Positions 56,608 through 64,000 of a stretch of DNA of 64,000 nt are shown piece by piece; positions within the stretch are counted from its first letter, which is position 1, and the number at the start of each line of letters is the position of its first letter. The stretch comes from an uncultured Chloroflexia bacterium (GTDB taxonomy: Bacteria > Chloroflexota > Limnocylindria > Limnocylindrales > CSP1-4). The position numbers and the translations under genes were made by a program. The stretch spans positions 2,368,001-2,432,000 of the forward strand of contig CAWHDR010000001.1 of NCBI GenBank assembly GCA_963828165.1, in the 5' to 3' direction. The notes under the pieces were generated by a model. The model was not told where the DNA came from and did no database searches. It was given only the letters and a program-made list of their open reading frames with translations.

Positions 56608-58071
56608 ATGCCAGGTCCGGATGCCCTTTCGGAGGCTCCTCCCGTGCCCCTTCCCACGACCGACCCGAGCGAGGTCGCGCCAGACGACGTCGCGCCCGCC
56701 ATCGCGGAACTCGACACGATCGTCTCGCTCTCCAAGCGGCGCGGCTTCATCTTCCCGTCCTCGGAGATCTACGGCGGCATCAACGCCGTCTGGGACTACG
56801 GTCCCCTTGGCGTCGAGCTCAAGAACAACGTCAAGCGCGCCTGGTGGCGGTCGATGGTCCAGGAGCGCGACGACATCGTCGGGCTCGATGCCGGGATCCT
56901 CATGCACCCGCAAGTGTGGGTGACGTCCGGGCACGTCGGCTCGTTCAGCGATCCGCTGGTCGAATGCCAGACGGACCAACGGCGGTTCCGGCTCGACGAG
57001 CTGCCGGGCGCGGAGGGGCTTTCCGCGACGGACCTCCAGGATCCCGGCATCGTGGAGCGCCTGGGACTCAAGTGCCCCGTGGACGGCGGCCCGCTGTCTG
57101 CGCCACGCCGGTTCAACCTCATGTTCAAGACGTTCATGGGCCCCGTTGAGGAGGATGCGTCGGTCATCTACCTGCGCCCAGAGACCGCGCAGGGCTCATA
57201 CGTGAACTTCAAGAACGTCCAGCAGTCGAGCCGCAAGAAGCTGCCGTTCGGGATCGCCCAGATCGGGAAGTCGTTCCGGAACGAGATCTCGCCCGGCAAC
57301 TTCGTGTTCCGCATGCGCGAGTTCGAGCAGATGGAGATGCAGTACTTCGTCCGGCCCGAAGCGGAGGCTGCAGCCGCGTTCGAGGAGTGGCTGCCGGCCC
57401 GCCGAGCCTGGTACGAGCGTTTCGGCGTGACGTCGTCGCGGCTCCGCTTGCGCGAGCACGCGCCCGACGAACTCGCGCACTACGCCAAGAAGGCGGTCGA
57501 TGTGGAGTACCGCTTCCCCTTCGGGTGGAAGGAGCTCGAGGGCGTCCACAACCGCGGGGACTTCGACCTGTCGCGCCATTCCGAGGCGTCGGGCGAGACC
57601 CTGGAGTACTTCGATCAGGCGACCAACGAGCACGTGGTGCCATGGGTGGTCGAAACGGCCGCGGGCGCCGACCGAGCCGCCTTCACGTTCCTCATCGACG
57701 CCTACCGCGAGGAGGAGGTCCGCGGCGAGACCCGCGTGTCCCTCGCCCTCCATCCCGACCTCGCGCCGTACAAGGTCGCCGTCTTGCCGCTGCTCAAGAA
57801 GCGGCCCGAGATCGTGGCCCTCTGTCACGCGATCAAGACCGACCTGCAGCGCCACACGATGGCGGTCTACGACGACACGGCGGCGATCGGAAAGCTCTAC
57901 CGCCGTCAGGACGAGATCGGCACGCCCTGGTGCATCACGGTGGACGTCGATTCGCTGGACGACAACGCCGTCACGGTGCGCGATCGCGACACCATGACCC
58001 AGGAGCGCATCCCGGTCGAGGGCGTGACGCGGCTCATCCTCGATCGACTGGACGCGGCCCGGGCGAAGTGA
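56608..58071 (+). CDS. glyQS: Glycine-tRNA ligase, homodimeric type
   Basis: KRRGFIFPSSEIYGG, YLRPETAQG, GKSFRNEI, REFEQME, YRRQDEIGTP; start uncertain. Confidence 0.96.
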   Translation: MPGPDALSEAPPVPLPTTDPSEVAPDDVAPAIAELDTIVSLSKRRGFIFPSSEIYGGINAVWDYGPLGVELKNNVKRAWWRSMVQERDDIVGLDAGILMHPQVWVTSGHVGSFSDPLVECQTDQRRFRLDELPGAEGLSATDLQDPGIVERLGLKCPVDGGPLSAPRRFNLMFKTFMGPVEEDASVIYLRPETAQGSYVNFKNVQQSSRKKLPFGIAQIGKSFRNEISPGNFVFRMREFEQMEMQYFVRPEAEAAAAFEEWLPARRAWYERFGVTSSRLRLREHAPDELAHYAKKAVDVEYRFPFGWKELEGVHNRGDFDLSRHSEASGETLEYFDQATNEHVVPWVVETAAGADRAAFTFLIDAYREEEVRGETRVSLALHPDLAPYKVAVLPLLKKRPEIVALCHAIKTDLQRHTMAVYDDTAAIGKLYRRQDEIGTPWCITVDVDSLDDNAVTVRDRDTMTQERIPVEGVTRLILDRLDAARAK

Positions 58072-59057
58072 CCGCGGCCGAGGAGCTCATGCGGTCCGTC
58101 GGGGCGTGGCTCGGCGGGCTCGACGCCGGCCAGCGAAAGCGTGCGACCTTCCCGTTCGAGAGCACCGAGCGCGTCGTCTGGGACTATCGCCCGGGTGAGC
58201 GGGGTGGCCTCGCACTCGCCGACATGCGCCCGGACCAGCGCTCCGCGGCGATGACCGTGGTACGTACCGCGCTCAGCGAACGTGGGGCGAACGAGGTGGC
58301 GTCGATCATCGCCCTCGAAACGGTCCTGGGCGAGCTCGAGCGCGACCGTGGCCGTGATGGGTGGATGCGCCGCGACCCGGAGCGGTACTGGTTTGCGGTG
58401 TTCGGTGACCCGGGCTCGGATGGGCCGTGGTCATGGCGCGTCGGGGGGCACCACGTGGCCATCCAGCTGACCGTCGCCGACGCCCGCATCGTGGGCAGCA
58501 CGCCGTCCTTCCTGGGTTCCAACCCGGCCGTCGTGCCGAGCGGGCCGACGGCGGGTCAGCGCGCCCTCACCGGCGAGGAGTCACTGGCCCGGGCGCTCGT
58601 GGATAGCCTGTCGCCGGAGCAGCGGGCGATCGCGATCGCGGATGCCGTGGCGCCGCCCGACATCCTGAGTGGGAATGGCGCGCGCGCCGACGTCTCTGCG
58701 ATCCCCGCCGGGATCCGCCACGACGATCTGACGGAGGCTCAGCAGGAGGGCCTGGAGCGGCTGATCCGGCATTACGTGGGGCGGGCACAGGACGAGGTTG
58801 CCGCCGCGGACTGGGGGCGGATCAGGGAAGCGGGCCTCGCCGCGATCACGTTCGCCTGGGCTGGTCCACTGGGCCCCGGTCGTGGCCACTACTACGCGGT
58901 TCGCGGCCCCGGCTTCCTCGTCGAGTACGACAACACCCAGGACGGCGCGAACCACATCCACGCGGTCTGGCGCGACCTCACCAACGACTGGGGCGAAGAC
59001 TTGCTCGCTGCGCATTACCGCTCGGGCCATCGCGAACGCGGAATAACCGGGAGATAA
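58068..59057 (+). CDS. DUF3500-like protein
   Basis: Y.FAVFGDP..WSWRVGGHH, YYAVRGP.FLVEYDNTQ..ANHIH.VWRD..ND.G. Confidence 0.8.
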   Translation: MTAAEELMRSVGAWLGGLDAGQRKRATFPFESTERVVWDYRPGERGGLALADMRPDQRSAAMTVVRTALSERGANEVASIIALETVLGELERDRGRDGWMRRDPERYWFAVFGDPGSDGPWSWRVGGHHVAIQLTVADARIVGSTPSFLGSNPAVVPSGPTAGQRALTGEESLARALVDSLSPEQRAIAIADAVAPPDILSGNGARADVSAIPAGIRHDDLTEAQQEGLERLIRHYVGRAQDEVAAADWGRIREAGLAAITFAWAGPLGPGRGHYYAVRGPGFLVEYDNTQDGANHIHAVWRDLTNDWGEDLLAAHYRSGHRERGITGR

Positions 59058-59080
59058 GCCCTGGCGGCCATCCTCATCGA

Positions 59081-59824
59081 ATGGATGACGCTCGCGTCGG
59101 CCGATCGCTCCGCGTCCTGCGACAGCGGCGTGGACTGCGACAGTCTGAGGTTGCGATCGCTGCGGGCGTCTCCCAATCCACCGTTTCTGACGTGGAATGT
59201 GGTCGCGTGGCCCGTTTGCCGATGGCGACGATCCGGCGAATCTTCGCGGCTGTCGATGCTGGCTTCGAGGGCACGGTGCAATGGCGTGGCGCCGGCCTCG
59301 ATCGATTGCTCGACGCCCGGCATGCCGCTTTGGTGGCGGCGAGCGTCCGTCGCCTTGGCGGCCTCGGCTGGCAAACGAAGGTCGAGACGACGTATTCGAT
59401 CTATGGGGAGCGCGGTTCGATCGACGTGATGGGCGGTTTCGTGAAGCTGCGTGCGGCCCTGGTCGAGGAGGTCAAGTCCGAGCTCCCGAGCCTCGAGGAA
59501 ACCATTCGAAAGCTCGACGAGAAGGTCCGACTCGTGAGAGAGCAGATCGCGGAGCGAGAGTTCGGTTGGCGTCCCGAGTCGGTCGGTCGGCTGCTGGTTC
59601 TGCCGGATTCCACAACCTCGCGGCGCCGAGTGATGGCCTTGGATCCAGTACTCCGTGTCGCCTTCCCAGATCGCGGATCTTCAGTGCGAGCGTGGCTACG
59701 CAACCCTTCCGGCGACCTGTCCGGGATCCTGTTTCTGCCTGATATCGCCACAGGCGATCGTAGCCCGGACCATCGCGAGGTCCAGCGCGTGCGGGGCCGC
59801 CGAGATGGCGAATTTGGGCCCTGA
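59081..59824 (+). CDS. XRE-type HTH fused to putative PD-(D/E)XK nuclease domain
   Basis: LRQRRGLRQSEVAIAAGVSQSTVSDVECG; GW..KVE..GSIDV..LVEEVKS; more T/A-ending codons than neighbours. Confidence 0.75.
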   Translation: MDDARVGRSLRVLRQRRGLRQSEVAIAAGVSQSTVSDVECGRVARLPMATIRRIFAAVDAGFEGTVQWRGAGLDRLLDARHAALVAASVRRLGGLGWQTKVETTYSIYGERGSIDVMGGFVKLRAALVEEVKSELPSLEETIRKLDEKVRLVREQIAEREFGWRPESVGRLLVLPDSTTSRRRVMALDPVLRVAFPDRGSSVRAWLRNPSGDLSGILFLPDIATGDRSPDHREVQRVRGRRDGEFGP

Positions 59825-59914
59825 TATCGCCCCCCGCAATCGTTGGTGCCCATTTCGTGGCAACTGCGCCGCCGATCCCTCGTGGGCCGAACCTACGATC
59901 GCCGGGGGCGATAT
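59742..59914. repeat. Two direct plus one inverted 20-nt repeat at the 3' end of the HTH-nuclease gene
   Basis: ATATCGCCACAGGCGATCGT (59742), ATATCGCCCCCCGCAATCGT (59824), inverted ACGATCGCCGGGGGCGATAT (59895-59914). Confidence 0.8.
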
Positions 59915-59985
59915 TCGGGGGATTCGCCGGGAAAGGGTGAGGCGTGGCGGGTCCGGACCCGCACCTGATCCTTGAAGCCGCACCT

Positions 59986-60444
59986 TCAGCGCGGATGGAG
60001 CTCGAACACCGGTCGACCCTCGGCCGCTTCCACGGGTCGTCTGATGTCTACCCCATCGACGATGCGAATGAACGTGACGCCGAACGGGATCCTTCGCGCG
60101 AGGGGGCCAAGGATGTCGCGAAAGAACTCCACGCTCTCGGTCGGGTCCAGCTCGGTCGCTCGTACTACTTCCTCCTGACCGCGGTAGTTGACGGTCGCGC
60201 GTCCGGCAGCCCGCAGATTGCGCACCCAATGGACCTCGCCCCAGGGCGCCCAGATGAACCTCCTGCCCGAGACCGCGATGATCGCCACCGGTGTGGTCCG
60301 AGGCAGGCCACTCTTCCGGCCCGGAATGGTGATGAGCCCGTTGTAGCCGATGGGAACGCCAGCGGCCAACAGGAACTTGAGGATCGGGCTGAACAGCGAG
60401 ACCTGCAGCGGTACGTGGGCGACCCTGCCCATCTGCGTTGTCAT
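59986..60444 (-). CDS. Deazaflavin (F420)-dependent nitroreductase-family oxidoreductase
   Basis: ITIPGRKSGLPRTTPV, WVRNLRA, PVFEL; GGAAGGAG upstream of ATG. Confidence 0.8.
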   Translation of the reverse strand: MTTQMGRVAHVPLQVSLFSPILKFLLAAGVPIGYNGLITIPGRKSGLPRTTPVAIIAVSGRRFIWAPWGEVHWVRNLRAAGRATVNYRGQEEVVRATELDPTESVEFFRDILGPLARRIPFGVTFIRIVDGVDIRRPVEAAEGRPVFELHPR

Positions 60445-60491
60445 CTGCACGGCTCCTTCCCGCGTCGGTGCGTTCCAGGTATCACAAGGAT

Positions 60492-60518
60492 GACCCGCGA
60501 GACCGTGCGGACGTGACC
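60492..60518 (-). promoter_or_regulatory. ECF41-like promoter of the oxidoreductase gene
   Basis: GGTCACG-n16-GGTC on minus strand. Confidence 0.65.
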
Positions 60519-60538
60519 GCCGCCGATGCCCGGGACGT

Positions 60539-61423
60539 TCAGCCAGCGACCACCGTGAGATCCAGCTCAGCGAGTCGGTCCGGATCCGCGAGCACGTCGA
60601 TCACGACGACCTTCCCGCCGCGGACCGTCAGGGCCACGACGGCAAACGGACTGCCGTCTGGCGACCAGGCAACGCCCCCGGGGATGCCGTTGACGAGGAT
60701 CCTCGTCGACGTAGCGGCGAACCGACGGAAGCTCATCGCCTGCGCGGCAACGGCCGGCGCGCCGCGGACCAGCGAGACCAGACCCGGTCGTGCCGCGCCG
60801 CCGTCGGAGCGCACGACGACATCCGGATCGAGCACCCCCAGGAGTCGCTCGAAGTCACCATCACGCGCCGCCGCCAGGAACGCGTCGACCACGGCCCATT
60901 GGCCATCGAGATCGACGTCCGGCACGGGCGCACCCTGGACGCGGCGGCGGGCCCGGCTTGCGAGCTGCCTCGTGGCTGTCGGCGTTCGGCCGACGATCGG
61001 TGCGATCTCGTCGAACGGCACGGCGAACACGTCGTGCAGCACGAAGGCGATCCGTTCGGCGGGCGTCAGGGTCTCGAGGACGACGAGCATCGCGAGCCCG
61101 ACCGAATCGCCCAGCAGGGCTTCCTGCTCGGGATCCATGCCCTCCTCGGGGCTCACGACGGGATCCGGGACGTGTGTGTCCAGGGAGCCTTCGCGGCGCG
61201 TCTTGCGCGAACGCAGCATGTTGAGGCAGACCCGTGCGACGACCGTGGTCAGCCACGCCCGCAGGTTATCGACGCGGGTCGCGTCGGAGCGGCTCAGCCG
61301 GATCCAGGCCTCCTGGACGGCGTCGTCCGCCTCAGTGAGCGAGCCGAGCATCCGATAGGCCACACCGCGCAGGTGCGAGCGGTTCGCCTCGAAGCGTTCG
61401 GCGAGCACGTCCTGGTCGTCCAT
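60539..61423 (-). CDS. ECF41/SigJ-type sigma factor with SnoaL-like C-terminal domain
   Basis: AYRMLGSLTEADDAVQEAW, AWLTTVVAR, ERIAFVLHDVF, RQLASRAR, DGGA. Confidence 0.9.
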   Translation of the reverse strand: MDDQDVLAERFEANRSHLRGVAYRMLGSLTEADDAVQEAWIRLSRSDATRVDNLRAWLTTVVARVCLNMLRSRKTRREGSLDTHVPDPVVSPEEGMDPEQEALLGDSVGLAMLVVLETLTPAERIAFVLHDVFAVPFDEIAPIVGRTPTATRQLASRARRRVQGAPVPDVDLDGQWAVVDAFLAAARDGDFERLLGVLDPDVVVRSDGGAARPGLVSLVRGAPAVAAQAMSFRRFAATSTRILVNGIPGGVAWSPDGSPFAVVALTVRGGKVVVIDVLADPDRLAELDLTVVAG

Positions 61424-61462
61424 GCGATACGTTCCTTCGGTCGATACGGGGGTCAAGTCGTT

Positions 61463-61489
61463 GACCCGCCAGCCCGCGAACCTGTGACC
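61463..61489 (-). promoter_or_regulatory. ECF41-like autoregulatory promoter
   Basis: GGTCACA-n16-GGTC on minus strand. Confidence 0.7.
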
Positions 61490-61500
61490 GGACAGCGGAC

Positions 61501-62448
61501 CTACTGGTCGGCGTTCGCCTCGGCGGCATCGATGGCCGCGGCCAGATCCGCACCCGCCACGCCGCGGGGCTCCTTGCCCTTGGGCCAGTACAGCTCCTTC
61601 TTGACCGCCTCCTCGGGCAGCCCGAGGTCCAGGAGCGTCTGCTCTGCGGACAGGATCATGTCCGGGTTGCCGCACAGGTACGCGATCGTGTCGGCCGGAT
61701 CGAGCCCGAACTCGTTCATGACCGGTGCCACGATCGTCTCGACGCGGCCGGTCCGACCCGTCCAGCCGGCGTTCGACGGATCGTCCGGACGCGAGACGGT
61801 CGGCACGAACGTGACCGGGTACTCCCCGGATGCTTCCCAGCCAGCCACGAGCTCGCGATAGCCAAGGTCGCGCTCGTGGGACACGCCATTGAGGAAGATC
61901 GCGCGCCGCGGCCGGCCGGCAGCGAGGGCATCCCGCATCATCGAGACAAACGGCGCGTTGCCCGTCCCCGACGACACGAACAGGTGGGCTCGGTCGTCGT
62001 CGGGCTCCAGCAGGAACTTGCCCTTCGGGCCGATCATCCGCATCCGGTGACCCACGGGCAGGTCCCAGAGAAGCGGCGTGAACGTTCCACCGACCACGAG
62101 CCGCAGGTAGAACTCGTACCCCGTGTCGCCCGCGACGCCGGGCGCCGACGCGACCGAGTAGGGCCGCTGCACGATCTTGCCGTCGACGAATACGCCGATC
62201 GTCATGTACTGCCCGGGCTCGAACGGGGTCGGCTCGTCGTCGAAGCGCACCCAGAAGTAGGCCAGGCTGTCGTGCTGGTCCATGCGCTTCACGAGCGTCG
62301 CGTTGTAACGCTCGTCGTCGGTGGCGATGATGCCGGGCGGCGGTTCCGTCGCGGTGCTGGTGGGACCCGTGGCACCCGCGGCAGCGGCGGTGCCCGCGGC
62401 GGCGGCCTCGGTGGCGGCGACGCCGGCGTTACCGGCGATATCGGTCAT
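61501..62448 (-). CDS. Ferredoxin-NADP+ reductase-like FAD/NAD(P) oxidoreductase
   Basis: FEPGQY, RPYSVAS, GPKGKF, GTGNAPF, YLCGNPDM, KELYW. Confidence 0.9.
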   Translation of the reverse strand: MTDIAGNAGVAATEAAAAGTAAAAGATGPTSTATEPPPGIIATDDERYNATLVKRMDQHDSLAYFWVRFDDEPTPFEPGQYMTIGVFVDGKIVQRPYSVASAPGVAGDTGYEFYLRLVVGGTFTPLLWDLPVGHRMRMIGPKGKFLLEPDDDRAHLFVSSGTGNAPFVSMMRDALAAGRPRRAIFLNGVSHERDLGYRELVAGWEASGEYPVTFVPTVSRPDDPSNAGWTGRTGRVETIVAPVMNEFGLDPADTIAYLCGNPDMILSAEQTLLDLGLPEEAVKKELYWPKGKEPRGVAGADLAAAIDAAEANADQ

Positions 62449-62503
62449 GGCAGGGAAGTCTCCCGTCCTTCGTTCCGTGGGATGGTACCCGGACCCGGCA
62501 GCC

Positions 62504-64000
62504 CTAGAGCAGCGCCGGACGTTGCCACGCAGCGTCCAGCACGTACTGGTCCAGGAACGCGAGCACGGTCTCGTACCAGACCCGCGCGTTCTGCGGCTTC
62601 GCGATCCAGTGGTTCTCGTCGGGGAAGTACAGGAACTTGGCGTCCACCCCGTGGCGCTGCAGGTCGGTCCACAGGCGCAGGGCCTCGGAGATCGGCACGC
62701 GTGCATCGAGCTCGCCGTGGATCACGAGCATCGGCGTCCTGATGTCGGCCAGGGCCCGTGACGGGGAGTTGTCGAGGTAGCGGGACGCATCCTCGTACGG
62801 GTTGCCGATCTCCTGCTCCCAGGCGATCCCGTCATCGGTCGTACCGTGGAAGCCGCGCAGCTCCCACAGCGAGGCGTGCGTGACGATCGCCTTGAAGCGG
62901 TCGGTGTGACCGGCGACCCAGTTGGCCATGTAGCCACCGAACGAACCGCCCATCAGCGCGGTCCTCGTCCCGTCGATATCGGGGCGCTCCAGCACGCCGT
63001 CCACCGCGGTCAGCACGTCCGTGTACGGCCGCTCCCCCCAGGTGCCCCAGCCGCGGTCGATGAAGGCCTGCCCGTACCCCGTCGAGAGCGCCGGATCGGG
63101 CATGAGGACCGCGTACCCGCGCTCAACGAGCAGGTTGGCGTTCCAGCGCCACGACCAGCCGGCCCAGGTCCCGAGCGGACCGCCATGCACGAACACGACC
63201 AGCGGCGCCGGCTTCTCGCTCGACGCCCCCGCGGGCCGCATCAGCCACGAGCCGATGGCCACGCCGTCGTCCGCCTTGGCGCTCAGCCGCTCGACGACCC
63301 CGGTCCGCGGCAGCTCATCGGCCGGCGTCGCCGGCGATCGAACCTCCACGGGATCCTGGTCCGCGGCCCGCGCATCGAGCCGCACGACGTGGGGTGGCCG
63401 GTCGGGGCTCGCGCGCAACGCGAACACGGCGTCACCGTCGGGCGAGACCGCGATGTCGCTGAACGCGGCGCCGCCGGCCAGCCGCGTGACGGCGTCGCTC
63501 GCGAGGTCTACCCGGTAGATCGACACGCCGCCCTCGTCGTCCGCGGTGAACAGGATCGCCCCGCCGTCCGGTGTCCAGACCGGCGAGACCGGCCATCGAT
63601 CCAGGCTGCCGGCCACGACCCGCGCGTCGCCGGTGTCGAGGTCGTAGACGGCCAGCTCGAACCGCTCCGGGACGTCGGGTGCCGATTCGCGTCCGCGCGC
63701 GACGGCCAGCTGCCGGCCGTCCGGCGAGAAGGCGGGCGCTGCCGACCAGCCGACTTCGCCGGTGAGGTTCCGCCGTTCGCGCGTGGATCGATCGATGACG
63801 ACGATGTCGTCACCCGTCGCCCCGGGGCGGAATCGCCGCCAGGTGGTCGCCACCGAGCGGCCATCCGGAGCGATGTCGAAGTCGGGCTCGGGGAGGGCGG
63901 TGCCGCTCGGACCGGTCAGATCCTCGGCGTCGAGGGGTCCGTCGTCGCCGGGCGCCTCGGCGATGAAATAGCGGCCGTCGCGCGGCCCCAGGTAGTGATC
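62504..64000 (-). CDS. S9 family peptidase (5' partial)
   Basis: HGGP, GGSFGG, IHGELDARVP, FPDENH; propeller repeats; frame open to window end. Confidence 0.93.
   Translation of the reverse strand, partial: DHYLGPRDGRYFIAEAPGDDGPLDAEDLTGPSGTALPEPDFDIAPDGRSVATTWRRFRPGATGDDIVVIDRSTRERRNLTGEVGWSAAPAFSPDGRQLAVARGRESAPDVPERFELAVYDLDTGDARVVAGSLDRWPVSPVWTPDGGAILFTADDEGGVSIYRVDLASDAVTRLAGGAAFSDIAVSPDGDAVFALRASPDRPPHVVRLDARAADQDPVEVRSPATPADELPRTGVVERLSAKADDGVAIGSWLMRPAGASSEKPAPLVVFVHGGPLGTWAGWSWRWNANLLVERGYAVLMPDPALSTGYGQAFIDRGWGTWGERPYTDVLTAVDGVLERPDIDGTRTALMGGSFGGYMANWVAGHTDRFKAIVTHASLWELRGFHGTTDDGIAWEQEIGNPYEDASRYLDNSPSRALADIRTPMLVIHGELDARVPISEALRLWTDLQRHGVDAKFLYFPDENHWIAKPQNARVWYETVLAFLDQYVLDAAWQRPALL

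Overview
High-GC bacterial chromosome segment; gene content and order suggest Chloroflexota, possibly class Limnocylindria (inference). 1-24.6 kb: 3' end of rpoC, then the str, S10, spc, alpha and truA-rplM-rpsI clusters, with long acidic tails on RpoC, S17, L30 and L15 and an unannotated 64-codon ORF coupled between secY and adk. 24.6-49 kb: mostly housekeeping genes (argF, cdaA-cdaR-glmM-glmS, acpS, nnrD, alr, tsaE/B/D, rimI, rsmA, ispE, ridA, glmU), plus an orphan GlmL-like ASKHA module and an ECF sigma with a frameshifted anti-sigma. 49-64 kb: polyprenyl synthase, recO, an inverted six-gene cassette (DUF1326, DUF2182, TetR, two alpha/beta hydrolases, GT-B protein) with a visible promoter and tandem operators, glyQS, DUF3500, an XRE-HTH/PD-(D/E)XK gene, an ECF41 unit with two matching promoters, an FNR-like reductase and a partial S9 peptidase. 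Best candidate for an undescribed system: REPIN-like elements built from two direct and one inverted repeat (two homologous 171-nt copies), with the same geometry overlapping the 3' end of the HTH-nuclease gene. No rRNA, tRNA or CRISPR array was recognised. Family names are from motif recognition, not database searches.
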